This document shows positions 35,901-49,247 of a stretch of DNA of 64,000 nucleotides, in pieces; position 1 is the stretch's first letter, and the number at the start of each line of letters is the position of its first letter. The notes beneath the pieces were generated by a model, which was not told where the DNA came from, did no database searches, and saw only the letters and a list, made by a program, of their open reading frames with translations. Source of the DNA: Psammoneis japonica (lineage: Eukaryota); assembly GCA_008632985.1 (NCBI GenBank), contig QPGO01000107.1, forward strand, positions 124,001 through 188,000. The letters run 5' to 3'. Made by a program: the position numbers and the translations under genes.

Positions 35901-38900
35901 AACATGCTGGTGTGTCATTCGTCTCAATGGAAAAATCTTCAACATCCACGATTTGGGACAATTTCATGCACGCCAAATTGCAGCCTTTTTGGCAAACATT
36001 TGGCCCATCATCTGTCCATCACATCATGGATTTTCATGACCCCTCAACCTTTTTCACCCCAACACAGCATGGCACAATGGTGCTGTCACACCGTCACAAT
36101 TTTGAGCACAATGGAAGGTGAGGCATTGGTTGCTGACAATTGCACTGGTCTTTTTTGATGCTCCAAAGGCTTGAAGAATGTGTCATTGGTGAACAATGCC
36201 CTGCCTTCTTTTGTCATGAAAATGCCATCTCTTTTTTGCCATGGTGGTTGCACCACATGTCAAGCATTGCGCAATCTTGCAAGCTGTGACAAGGTGTGCA
36301 CATCTCTGTGTGATTCAAGTGCTCGACATTTCATTTTCCAATTTTCTCAGAGTGTTGCAATCTCAACCGATTCCATGGCATTTGACACCCACTGACTCAC
36401 TTGGGCAGAAGTTTCACTCTCAACATTGGGTGGAACATCACCACATTCTTTGAAATCATCCTCTTCTTCAACCTCTTCTTCAGATGAGGACTCAGCTGCC
36501 AGCACAGTTGTCATGGTGAAGAACAGTGCTCTGCGCTTCAGCGTTGGAGGCAGAAATGAAATTCTCACACTGCACACAATTTCAGCACTGAAACATGCAC
36601 ACACAAAAAACAGCAAAAAATGCACAGGCCAACTCACATGCACAAAATGGGGTTGATGTGGTGGCCCTTTATGCCAGTCTGTTTCTTGAACTTGAGCCCA
36701 CATGACTGGCTGTCACCAATGCCTCCATCAGCTAAAATGGTCATTCTTTGTTGTCATTGCAGCAACAACTGGCAGACAGTCAAAGGAAGCAACCCTCCCA
36801 CCCACCCTGGGAGCCCACATGGCTGCCAGGATCCCAGCCAGTGATTGAGTCTGGAGCTTGAGCTTTGCAGATGGACCTCTGCCACCAACCAGTTTGGAGC
36901 TTGAGCCAGCAAGCTGTGTGGTTTGAATTGGCGACCCCCCACCCCCCATGACAAAAAACTTGTTGGTCAGCACAGGTGACATTGACATGTTCATTGCATG
37001 GCAGGTGCACTGCAACATGTGGTGTGTGTGGTGATTGCATCAGGCAGATGGGTGGGTGTTCACTGCCTGTTAACATCAGGGCATGCATGCATCATCTGTT
37101 GGGTCAGGCATGCTGTGGTGGATTTTGTGCATGGCTGTGGGTGCTCAACATTGCCAACTGTTGTTGCAAATCTGAAAAAATTGACAACAATGAACCCCAA
37201 AGACACACCAGCACCCACTGACAGTGTGGTGGCAGAGGGCACTGCCCATTGCCAGTGCATCTGATGCACCTGCCACTTCAGCAACAATGACATGGCTGTT
37301 GCTGCCGCACAGACAATGCATGTTGCAGCTGCCTCAGCCATGCAAAGGCACAGCCAAGGTCATTGCCCACAAGGATGGCCTCATTCTGCTTGTCCTGTGG
37401 AACCAAGTGAAGGAGTTTGGGGAACCAACCTTCTTCTAAAGCACAACTGTGCAATGGTCAAAAAGAGATGGAAAAAATGCAAAGTCTGGGGTTGCTGGCA
37501 ATGTCACTCCACATGTTGCGTGCAATCAAACAGGTGAAATTGGAGGAGTGGGGCAACCTGCTTCTGAATCACAACTGTGCAATGGCAGAAAGGAATGGGT
37601 GCAAGCATTTGGAAGCTCCTGCCATTCCAGTGTCTGTCAGTCAAAAAATGCATGTGAAACCAGGTGCACCCAGTGAGCCACCAAAGGACATGGTGTGTTG
37701 GTGCTGGTGCCATGAAGAGCATCAAGAATGACACACTGATGACAATGATGAGAAAATGAAGGGGGTAAAAAGGAGGCACCCACAAAGGGGCAGAGAAGCT
37801 CCTGAAGGCCCCCAGCCAGCACAACAGCCCAGCCCGTGTTGGCCTGAATGGGTGTGACTTAAAGTTTGTGGAAGATGCAGAAGGCAAGCTGCATTGATGG
37901 TGCCAGAATCATCTTCATTTGAGGAAGGCAAGGGCAAAACCTTCAGTGTCACAAGTGGGCACCCCAGAAAACTGAGTGAGGCATTTGATCAGAAGCAGAT
38001 GCCCCATCTTTGGGCACACATTGCAGCAAATCTTCAGCTGAGTTGGTGCATGTCATTGCTGTTGAAGGTTTGTTGTCTCACCACATGTTGCTCAAGCACA
38101 GCAAGGAGTCACAGAGGGGGCAAGGTGGTGGGCATCAGGGTCTTTTTGATGCAAACCCAGTGCACTTTGCTCAAGACCTGTGGTGGAACACTTGCTTTGA
38201 AGGTCTCAAAGAGCATGACACATTTTGCTTTTTGTGCTTTGTGGAGGTCATTGTGGCTGCCTCCCACCCTTTGAGAGCTTTGAAGTTGGCAGCTGAGTCA
38301 TTGGATTGGATCTTGATGTCAGCTGCCTGAGGAACAAGGGCAAAATCATTGGTGCACACCGGGTGCCACAAGTCCAGCACCACAGAGGAGCCCCCCAGCA
38401 GTGGTTTGTAGCCACAGTCAGATCAGCTCCATCCAGACAAGCAGCTGTTTGTTCCCTGCCTTTGAAGACAACAGCATTTTGATGCAGCATGTTAACACTT
38501 GCCCTCTGGAGTTGCTCTTTTGGGCCCAAACTTTGTTTTGGGGCTTTGAGTCTCAGCAACTTTCTTGGATGCCCCCAGTCCACCAAAAATCAAGACAAAG
38601 GAAGCCTTTTCTGCTTGAACAGTTTGACAGGAGCAATGATGAAGCTGGATTGTCAATGTCAGACAGAGGCACACAGCCCAAGCAAAATGGAACAAGCAAT
38701 CAAAGGAAACATGAAAAAACACGAGCACTGCAGGTCCTGTTGTGTTGGTCTGTTGATCGGCACAGGCTTGCTTTGGCACATGCAGTCTGTCCATCAGCAT
38801 GTCCAAGCTGTGGTGAAAAGTGCAGGCCTTTGGATCAGTTGAATTGGCAAAAGCACCAGGGCTTTGCCAGGCTGGCATTTGGCGAGTGCCTTCTGGAGGT

Positions 38901-39860
38901 CATTGGCAGCATGGTGCATGGGGGGCAGCATTTGATGTGTGCTGTCAGGTTGTTGGTGATGATGGGAGCAGCAGGTGCTTGCATGGTGGGTGGAGCTGTT
39001 TGACAAGTTCCACACCATCAGGAGCAAGGGATGCAGCAGGAAGGGAAGAAGCAACTCAAGTGCAGGTGGCAGAGAGGTTGTTGTTGACATCGGCAGCAAT
39101 TTGGGCGGAGTGAATGCAGGATGAGCTGTCAAAGTCAGGGGGCTCCTCAGACAGTGTCAGACACATCTGGGATGGGAACAGAATGTGACTCATCACAGAG
39201 GGTGCACATGGAGCCATTGTGGAAGAGAAAAAATGTTGTGTGATGGTTGTTGAAATCCAAATGGTGGAGTCCTTGGGGCTTGGGCAGAGGATGAGGGATT
39301 CAAAAGAAAGAGAAGCTTGAAAAAAGGTTCTGAAAAGATGTCTTCCAGGGTCAAGGTGGGTCATCGGCACAGTCAAAGGACTGGGGCCAGCAAATGGAGT
39401 CACCGAAGGGAAGCTGTCCATTCAGACAGCTCTTGGCATGGGCAGGATGATGCAATGAGTTGGATGTTGGTGGCCATGCCAGGTGCATGGTGGGTGTTGC
39501 AAATGTGAGTGTGCAGGCAGGTGTCTCAAAGGCATGTCTTTTTGGTGGTGCATGGACGGTGACGGCCTGGGTGCAGATTGTGTTGCTGGAAGAAAGAGTC
39601 GGGCATGGATCACAAGCTGCAATCTTTGTGCTCAAAAAAAAACAAATCAATTGTTTTAAGTGCTGTTGCACCTTTGCCCAGCAACACCGGCTCCGGCTGA
39701 CCCACACTTCCAGTGCACCCCCCTTGGAGGTGTGGCAGAAGTGCATGCAATTGGCCTGAATCAGCAACTCCCGGAGGAGAACGCCCAATGGAAACAACTG
39801 GCAATGGTGCATGTGCTGCATGTCACTGGCCTCTTGACTTCCTTGAGGCTTTCCTTGAGT
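33000..39860. repeat. Old TE/repeat debris, depleted of both TpA and CpG
   Basis: Near absence of TA and CG; no intact domain recognised other than the relic at 34786-35420. Confidence 0.5.
34786..35420 (-). pseudogene. Hypermutated relic of a Crinkler-type REase-fold domain
   Basis: ESNVQGLV...PDIW...VEVKKP...GQIFDHM, a PD-(D/E)xK pattern with GQxxxY changed to H. Confidence 0.55.
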
Positions 39861-42800
39861 CTGGGATCTGGGCTTGATCACAGAAATCCAATTTTGTGTG
39901 TGTGTTGCAGCAAAGGTCTCATGTTCTGCCACGGAATCAAGCAGAACATCTCAGTCTTTTGCCAAGTGTTCCTGACATTTGTTGCACACAGCTGTCAGTT
40001 CGGCCTCCACTTTGCATCTCTGAGAAGATTGTCTGGTTTCTACATCATGGCCGTGGACATGCTTGTTGTGCTCTTCCCCCACAATTCCCGCCATTGTCGC
40101 CAGACAAACGTTCCCATCTGTGCTGTCCAGTTTGGTGGTTGTTTGTTCTCCTCCTGGCACTGACAAAGGATCCCAGAATCTTGCAGATGTCCAGATTGAT
40201 TGACACTCCACAGAGAGGAATGCCTTCTGCTGAACACTTGCCCCCACCCCACGTTGGATTGAGCTTGCCACAGAACTCTGCATCTGCAATCAATGTCTTC
40301 AAGATGCGCCATCTTGCTGTAAACCATGCTTCAATGGACTGCAACAAGAAATCCCGAAGGGTTGGCATGTTGTCGATTCGGTCACAATGCCTCCTTAGAG
40401 ACCTTGTGGAAACTTTCTGTGCCATGGTTTGTCGCACGGACAGCGGAGCATGTGGTCCCCATCTTCCATGGGATGCTCACAATGAAGACACTGGTGAGGT
40501 CTTGCCGAATTGCACCGGCGGATGATCTCATTAGTGAGGAGAAGATCGTGAACCAGCTTGGCTGTTCCAATGTGTTGTTTGGAATGACGTTTTATGAGGA
40601 AGGCATGAGCATCCCAATCCATCAGCTCCGTCACCTCTGGACTCCACTGACTGCATTCAACAATGCGCTGCAGCAGCTGTGGGGTGGTGGCCACATGTCT
40701 GACATGACGTTCACAACCTGCGGTCAACGTGCCATCTGGAAGACTCAAACATGAGTGACAGTTTGGAAAGGGCAGCACCATTGTGGCATCCCAAGGGTGC
40801 TGGCCTTGGCATGCCCCTGCCAATCGATCCGCTCGGACGTTTGCTCTGGCATTGAGGGGCAGGGCATGAATTGGAGCATGCCAATCTTGATGGCCCTTCA
40901 GCCATTTGACTGGCAGTGGCTGTGTGAAAGAGCCAGTTACAAATGTCCTCTCCATCTCAAGCCGAGTGTGCAGTGTCTCATCAATGACATCCCAGTCAGG
41001 AGACATGCTGTTGGCTCCAGGATGTCTGACATGAAAATCTCTTGTTTCATCCAATTGTTCCTCTGAGGTTGGAGCTGGAAGGATTATGGTGAGTTGATCA
41101 AGACAAGACACCAAAGCTTTGTTGTCACAGTGTGATTCCATCTCTGGAAGCTGTTCCACTCTGCAATGTTCCATGAACCGGCAAATGAATTGAAGGAGGG
41201 ACAAAATGCCACAAGCCTCTGCCCGGCATGATGACGGTCTTCTGCCAAAGACTGGTCCTGCACAATCCACCAGTGGTGCACCATCCAGGGTGATTGTCCA
41301 CCCAAAGGCAGCTCCATCTTTGACGGATCCATCACTGCCAGCTGTTAACTTTGATGACACAAAACATTGGATTGGCATTTGCGGTGGTGAGTGAAAGTCC
41401 AGTTGGTCAAACAACTTCTCTTTCCACTGGCCCAGCAAGTGCAGTTTGTCTTGGAACATGTCTGGGATCCTGGAGCTCAGGAAGTCTGATGATGAAGTGT
41501 GGGGCAGAGCAAATGCCCATCAACCATCTTCTGTTGTTGACAGTTCTGCCAGAAAAGACTCTTCAGACGGGGCCGGAACTGTCTCCAACTCTGTGACAGA
41601 GTTGGTCCTCATGCCGTTCACTTGAAAAATTTGACATCCGTTGGTTGATCTAACACACAGTTGCTCTTCAGAAGGAGAGAAGTACGCTGAGGCTTGCATG
41701 CACATCTGAGACGGAGGCACTGACCAATTGCCAAGAGGTTCCTTGAGAGTGTGTGATGCCGAATGACACAGAGAGGCACAGAACTTGTGCCACATGGACC
41801 AGGCTCTTGTTCCTGGTTTTTGCTGTTCAACGTTGTTCAAGGAGCTGGAGTTGCTCTGAAGCAACGGGTCTCCTGCTGTTTTTGTAGCGTCCAATGTCAA
41901 GCCATCTGCAAGAGCAATGTCAGACACTGACAACACCTGAACATGCAGTCGACAGCAATTCATCCATCTGACTTCTCTGTGAGAGAAGAGTTGGGACTGG
42001 AGCACAATGTCCATGATGCACTGATTGTCATCACATTGAAGGGGAAGAATGCCGGAATGAGTCAAATGTGCTTTTCCTTGAATTCTGTGTGGAGAAAAAC
42101 ATGAACGGAGGCAAACCAACAAGATTCCACATGCGGGAGTTCTGCATCTGCATCCCACAGAAAGCTTTCTCTGGTTTCTGAGTTCAGTTGGATCCATGAC
42201 ACTGCAATGTGCAGCAGCTTGTGCAGTTGATCCTCTCCCAGATTTAATTTGGTGACTCCTCTGGAATGCTTCAGTGACATTTGCAGTTGAGCAACGCCTT
42301 GCTCTGCATCCAATGATCAAAAACCTCTGCCTCCCAGGGCTTGGGGACCGCACAAGATGAATCTTTTTGCACTTTGATTGCACCCACATTTGGCAAAAAC
42401 AACTCGCATGGCTTTCTGTTGAACTGCAAGTGACTCTTTGGGAAGAAAGGTTGAGTTTGGAAAAATGCAGGTCATCAAAGAAAGGCAGCAAGCGTGGTGG
42501 CATCTCCATGTTTCAATGTGATTGAAGTGACAGGATCTAAGGAAGAGGGCCGCAGCATCACTCTTGTGTTGGAGTTTCTTCAACTGGGTCTTCTGGGAAC
42601 TGATTGGAGCCATGCAGTGTCCAAGAGTTTTGTGCAGTGTGTTGTGGCACATGTGCTTGCATGTCACCAGTGTGAACAATGGTTGGATGTGCAATCGCCC
42701 TTTTGTGTGCACATGACAGGCCATGAGCATCGATTTGCTTGCCTCTGTGGCACAGCCCCGAGCCCAGAGAACAGTGGTCGCAGGTTCAACACCTTGATTC

Positions 42801-43726
42801 ATGCAAAAAGTTCATGGCAATGCAGGGGGGGCAAACGCCTGTGACAGCCTAACTGACATGCAGAAAATGTCTGCGCAAGAGGAGCGCACAAAACATGCCT
42901 TCCAACCAGGGTGCGAGAAGCCAACAGGGTGCGAGACGCCTGACAGAGTGGCCTTGCTGACAACACAAACAAGTTCACAAATTGAACAAAATGCACAAAA
43001 AAGCATCCCGACAGGCACAGGAGACACCTCTCTGGCGATTGCACTGACAGCTGCAATGCACAATGAAAACACACAAACATGTGCACCTGACACTGACAAC
43101 TAGAAAACATCCACCTCTGAATGTGATGCAAACCAGTGTGCTTTGTGAAGATCCTGACATCAGTTTGATTGAAGGGGGGTGTTGTGGCACACATGCTTGC
43201 ATGTCACCAGTGTGAACAACGGCTGGATGTGCAATTGCCCTTTTGTGCACATGTGACACAGTGCGCATGCTACAAGTTGTGTGCTTGAACGGGAAGTTGA
43301 CCAGACGGCGGAGAAGATCTCAACGTCAAGGTCTTCATGATGTGGACGAATGCATGGCTCGCCGCACTTGGTGAAATCCCACTCGACCACATGAGAAAGA
43401 AGCACTTGGGTGACTTGAGTTTGTGCTCCACTGTGTCCAGCAAATCACACCAGAGTTGATCATCCTGTTGTGATGAGAGCAACAGGTCAAGAGTTGAAGG
43501 TTGAGGAGACTGGCACGGAAGTCATTGACTTGTTTGGACGTGTCGTCTGCAAATCCTCGATTGTGCATGCGGATGAAGAATCAGCCATCAGGAGTTTTGA
43601 AGCATGCTCCTGTTGCTTTGGCATCAAAAATGTTGAACAAATGGCTGCAAAGGGTGTTCCATTGCCATGGAGAATTGCCGCTGCCTTGACCTGTGCCGCA
43701 GAGGGGGGAATCGTCCGTGTGGGAAT

Positions 43727-44113
43727 TGCAGCAGGCATCCCTGCCGCAGCCGCCGATGATGCTGCTTTCCTGCATCTGTGGGCTGTCCGCAGCGACGCTG
43801 ATCCTGCAGAAGCGTGCATTGGAAAATGAAACTCCTGGCATAAGACCCACGAGAGGCTGCAGGAGATCCAGGCGACTGAGGCCGGCGCGACTGGCCATCG
43901 TGCAAGTGACTCACCTTGTGCCGGTGTGAAGGGTCTGCAACAGGATGTGCGCAGTGCCGAGCATGACTGATTCCGCGCAAGGACTCAGAACTCCATGTGT
44001 CTCACTGTCGCACATGCATGCTCTACGTAAAATGGTCTCACAATTTTTCCACACCACAGGAAATCTCTGTCTCTCTACGACTGAGTGCTTGGACCCCATT
44101 TTTGCACAGGGCA
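43727..44113. mobile_element. Probable solo LTR
   Basis: 387 bp, TG...CA, flanked by a GAAT duplication. Removal restores the LINE RT frame RSHSHTDDSPLCGTGQG. Confidence 0.65.
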
Positions 44114-46032
44114 GAATGACTCCGCTGGGCAAATCCCAGCAAGGTGCGCAGCCAGTGTCTGGCGTGATGCAAGGCATCCATGTTAACTTTGACCATGTGT
44201 GAATCCACTCCGTCACTCCGGGAACAAAGTCCAATGATTGCAGGGACATTCTTGTCAAAGCATGAGGTGAAATCATCGTCGCTTGTCAGTGTCATCTTTC
44301 TGGAAGCTCGGGACATTTCTGGCATCAGGTTTTCAAGAAACACAGGAGTCTGGGCAGAGAGGAAAGAGTGGCAGCCATAAATTCCTGGGTCACACATCCA
44401 GTGGTGCTCCATGTGTTGTGCCAGTTCTCGCCACTTTGCGCTCGTGATGATTTGAAAATCTGCTTTGCAGATGTGAATCACGTGCAGGTGGTGCACTTTG
44501 TTGTTGCCTGGCTCTTTGAATGTCATCACATTGATGATGTCTTTCCAGCGGTCATGTGAATGTCCCCGTTTCAATGTGCAGTTAATGAGGTGCAGTTGAA
44601 TCATGAGTGACGTTTGCTGAACCTGGTCAAGGAGTGATCCATTTGGGGTCGGATTGCCAGTGCAAAGCAGCAGAACATTCTTGGATTGTCGTGGGAAGGA
44701 GAAAGGAAGAAGAGATTTTACATTTCTCTTGAAGAACCAAAGGCACCACATCCTTGCGATTGCAGAACATTGATGTCATTTGGGACAATGCAAAAACTTG
44801 TTTCCAAAGATCGGCAAGTTTGATGGACCATTCTGGCTCTTTGTAACGTTTGCATTGCTTGGCTGCTGCCAGGGAGAGTTGGGTCATGTCACGGTTGAGT
44901 TGCCAAGCAAGGCTGTGGTCAGGAGTGTCAGATTGAAACAAGGCTGTTGCACGATCCAGAATGTTTCTGCTGGCGGTCAAGGGATCCATTGCTTCAAGAC
45001 ACGTGGTGACATGTTCAGGAGACAATGCTTGGAGATCACTGAACTTTGGTCTTGGTGAATCAACTGACGGACTGCCAAACAGGGCAACTGTGTCAAAATC
45101 CATGAAATGGGCATGGTGATCCAAAGACATGCAACAGCTGAATGGTTCACATCCACAGTGCCGCACCACTGCTGAAGCACCGGGGGTCGCTGGCACACAA
45201 TCCAAACGTCTGGAGCCTCACACACAGGCAGAAAAATCAAGGTCTTCATGCTTGTGATGCATGGTGTCCGACATGTTGAATCGTTGGGCCACAGATGCGA
45301 GAGTGTCGGAATTGTGACGGAAGTCTGTGTTAAAATTGCCTGCCAGAATCACTTCCCGATTTGGCTCATCTCAAAAGTGCTCAAGAATGCGTGTCAGATC
45401 GGTGCAGAACGCTCACCGGGGATCTGGATTTGCTTGGCCTTGTTGATGGAGAAGTGCCCCTTGTTGAGCACATGCAGTTGTTTTGCCTGCAATGGACAAC
45501 GAGTTAGAACACACTCTGCAACACGAAACAAACATGACCTGTTGGCCGTGCTTTCCGTCAAAGATCTGCATGGACCAGCGACCCAATGGATCTTTGCATT
45601 GTGCTCGACACCTTGCGGACAGAGAGTTGCAAGATGTGACAGCGGTGCCTGTTGAACTGACCAGTTGATGGCGGCAAATGGGAATCTTGTGAAGAATCCT
45701 CCGCTCTCGTCACACTCGTCCTGGTTGCTTGTGCGGCTGTGGTTTGCCCAGAAGATTGCTCAACACAAACTTCGTTTGCTTGTTAGATGTTTGTTTTGAC
45801 AGACACTTCCCAGTGCCGATCGACATAGATGACAAACCAGATGATTCACTCTAAAGAGTGAGAAAGTTGTTGTTGCATGAACGACAGATCGATGACGAAG
45901 AAGACACAGTCATCGGAATGCACACGTCATCGGATTGTACACGCATGGAGCCTCACATGTCTTTCACTTCAATTCGTGCATGTTCGGGTTACTTTCACCC
46001 CGCATTCACATGCTCCAACACACTCCTGCCGC

Positions 46033-47463
46033 TCACATCGATTGTTCTTGAACGTCGTAAGCGGGAACAGCGCCCATTGGAACGACATCGTATCCTGTCA
46101 CATCGGGAACACCTGTCCCTTCCACACTCACGTCGGTTTCGGTGCTGCAACACCACTGCGTCTGATTGGGATTCAAAAAATCGAGCATCCCATTGAATGA
46201 ATCGGTGATGCCTTCGACACAGCGCACGAATTGGGTTGCATGGTCGCGTCGGATTCGTTCCTTCACGACATTGTTGCTGAAGCCACCTTTGTGCTTGGTC
46301 TCCAGGTTCACAATGACGTCCTTGATCCATCCATGGATTGCGTCTGGACGCAACTCAAAAAAAGTTGCTTGGCTGACAAGCCACAGGCTTCCGCGATCGG
46401 ACAGCCAGCTGGCATTGAGGCTGAAGAACATTGCCAGCTTGAATCCATCGCATGCTGTTCCATTGCCATCAATGGCCAATGAGTGCCGGACGAGATTGTC
46501 CATGTTGCGATTCCGCTGACGTGATTCAAAAGGATCCACATTCAAATCCACAAGTCCTCCAACTTCGCCGTGGGCACCAACCCCACACAACGGCAAACCA
46601 CAGGTTCGCGACAAGCCAAGTCGGTCAATGTCGCTGCGGTCTAGTGCAAGCTTGAGCATGTTGCCTCGCGATCGCCATTGGTTGGATCGCCTTGTGTTGA
46701 GAGCTTGCGGTCTGCCGGCCAAGCACTGCCAGCAATCTCGAGCAGCATGTGCCGTCTGGCTCTTGTTCCTGATCTCGAGTGGTCTCTGTTCCATGTCGTC
46801 ATGGAGAGAGAACATCGGTGTTGTAGCGGGCACACAGTGCCGCATGGGAGGTGACCATTTCTTGCACAGTTCAAAGACTGACTCCATGAGACCAAAATGT
46901 TGTCTCCACAGTTTCACAAACACCTCCTCGAATTGCTGACGGTGAGTCATGAATTGCTCTTCCCAGCAAATCATGTGATGGTCTAGCGCATCCATCGCTA
47001 AGACTGGCTCTTCAGTGGGTAGATCGCCATCCACCATTTCTACGTTTGCGTTGTGACTCAGTGCAAACGCTCTTGTCCAAAGGGAGAGTTGGTCCCTTCC
47101 TCGTTTGTGCGCTCTTGCAGCACGTTCTTGGAGAACTTCCTCCTTTCTTCCGTTCCATAAATCCACAGGAAGACTGTCGGCACGCAGGTCGCCCATTCTG
47201 ACAAACTCATCCTTGATGCTTTCATCAATTGCGCAGGCACCTGCCACCTCTAAAAAACAGTTGTTCGGCCAACGATTCAATGCTGTGCCGGTTGTGTCGT
47301 GAGTGACATGTTCTTGTGGCCTTTTCTCATTGCACAGGTGCCGCGTGGCCCTTTCTTGGTGTGTCACTCGGTTGACAAGGTCTCCGACATGTTCGTTCGG
47401 TGCCGCTTCTAACACAGCGCTCAGGATGGTGTGATTGATGTCTGCCTCCTCGTCGTCATTCAT
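46033..47463 (-). CDS. Additional 476-aa ORF of unknown function between pol and the 3' LTR
   Basis: ATG-initiated, same strand as pol, globular-looking composition, ends just before the PPT; hypermutated (2 Tyr). Confidence 0.6.
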   Translation of the reverse strand: MNDDEEADINHTILSAVLEAAPNEHVGDLVNRVTHQERATRHLCNEKRPQEHVTHDTTGTALNRWPNNCFLEVAGACAIDESIKDEFVRMGDLRADSLPVDLWNGRKEEVLQERAARAHKRGRDQLSLWTRAFALSHNANVEMVDGDLPTEEPVLAMDALDHHMICWEEQFMTHRQQFEEVFVKLWRQHFGLMESVFELCKKWSPPMRHCVPATTPMFSLHDDMEQRPLEIRNKSQTAHAARDCWQCLAGRPQALNTRRSNQWRSRGNMLKLALDRSDIDRLGLSRTCGLPLCGVGAHGEVGGLVDLNVDPFESRQRNRNMDNLVRHSLAIDGNGTACDGFKLAMFFSLNASWLSDRGSLWLVSQATFFELRPDAIHGWIKDVIVNLETKHKGGFSNNVVKERIRRDHATQFVRCVEGITDSFNGMLDFLNPNQTQWCCSTETDVSVEGTGVPDVTGYDVVPMGAVPAYDVQEQSM

Positions 47464-47558
47464 TGTCGATCGTTGTTGCCATGCAAAACATGATTCGCTC
47501 CGGAGAAGATCGCACGATCGTCATTCTCCGGGTGTCAGGGATCTTTCACCCACACGCG

Positions 47559-49247
47559 TCAGAATTCTCGTCTGACGTCACAAACAGGAATCTTGCCTGT
47601 TGCTGTCAGGACTTGACGTCCCATGACGGCTCGTTTAAATTTTAAAAACTTTTCACCTTGCAATGGCTTGGTCATGAAATCTCCAATCATCGCGTCGGCA
47701 GGACAGCACTCGACAGTTGGGTTGCCCTTCTCGACTTGGTCGCACACGAAGAAGCATCGTATGTTCAGCACTCTGGAGCGCTTGCCTGCGCTTCGACGAC
47801 CGTTTGTCTCTAACAGTGTCGCACTTTTGTTGTCTTGGCATGGGATGTTCTTGTCGATGGGACATCCTTGGTGCTCCACAAACAGCTTTGTCCATGGGAT
47901 CATGGTCATTGCATCGTCGACACCCACCAGCTCAGCTTCTGTGCTGCTTCGGGTGTTCAATTTCTGTCTTCGTGACACAGCTTGTGTCGCTCCATCGCCC
48001 ATTGTCATCAATGCTCCGGTGTGGCTCTTGAAATCTGGATGCACCGCGAAGGATGCATCGACGTGCCACTTTGTTGCTCGGAGATCTTTTGCGCTCAGGG
48101 CAGCCACCTCATTGCGCATTCGATTCAGATGCTTGAGGTGCCGGATGAGCTTCGCCCAGTCTTTGTTGGCAGGCTCTCTTGTCCGTGTGCACAGTGCTGA
48201 TGTCGTCGGATGGACGTCCATGCATCCGCGTTTGGATGCGAACAGTCCTTTCGCCACCCACGCATGAAATGTCTGTGCTTTCTCTGGCGGCAATTTTGTT
48301 CCACCCACCTCAAATGGGTTCTCCCCTGCTGGTGTCACAGCAAAATCTGTGCTCTTGATCTTTTCCGGAAATTCGTCAATCACAGATCCGACATGCTTTC
48401 TCATGTCTGCCATCACCTTTCCTTTGTCGGTGAAGTCCAGGATCACACCGAGGCAGTCATGCTTTGGACCCCTCGTCACCACGACTTCGCCGTGACTCCC
48501 GCACTTCCTGTTCAACCAGTTGAGGAACTTGTCGTTAACTTTTGGGTTGACGTGGCTTGACAGTAAGTCATCCACATGAAATTGCACTGTGCGCTGCTTT
48601 CCGTTGACAATTCGGTTGGCAATGCACGGGTCACATGGGTTGAACTTGAACCCTGCCCTTTCCAAGTCTTTGCGGAACTTCTTGCACCACAGCAATGCGG
48701 CAACAAGCATGCCGTAGATTGCTCTGACGACTTGGACGTAAAGGACTCTCTTTCCTTTTTCTAGGACCACGTGCGGTCCATGCAAGTTCGGATCAATGCT
48801 TGCCAGCATGTCCACAAGTGAACCTGCGATCTTCATCATGATTCGTTCCTCACCTTCCTTGGGTTCTGGAACTTCTGTTTGAATGAATGCGTTGGGGACA
48901 TCAGCGCTCACAATGTCGCGTCCCTCGTCTGCATCAATCACCGCAGTCATCAGGATTCCTTCCAATGATGCTGTCGGACTGGCTGACTCGTCTTTGTCTG
49001 GCCATTCTCTGGATGGTTTCCCGTTGTGTGCCATCCGCCCTTTGATGCGACCATCGCGTTTCTCTGCAAGGAACATCAGGGCTGTCATCGCTTTCTTCCT
49101 CTCGGTCGGAGTCATGCTTTTCACTGGCACCGGTTGGAAGCAAACTCGGTCGTGCAGTTGTTTCATTTCTTTCTGTGAGGCGTCATGTCCTTGCTGTCCA
49201 AACAGTTTGAGACCTTTGTGCAGCAGATGTTGCTGACCGAACGACAT
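47559..49247 (-). pseudogene. Copia RT-RNase H: open frame but hypermutated
   Basis: DVPNAF, AIYGML, FHVDD, VDASFAVH, SSTEAE, QDNKS, DFMTKPLQG; only 2 Tyr in 562 aa. Confidence 0.92.
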
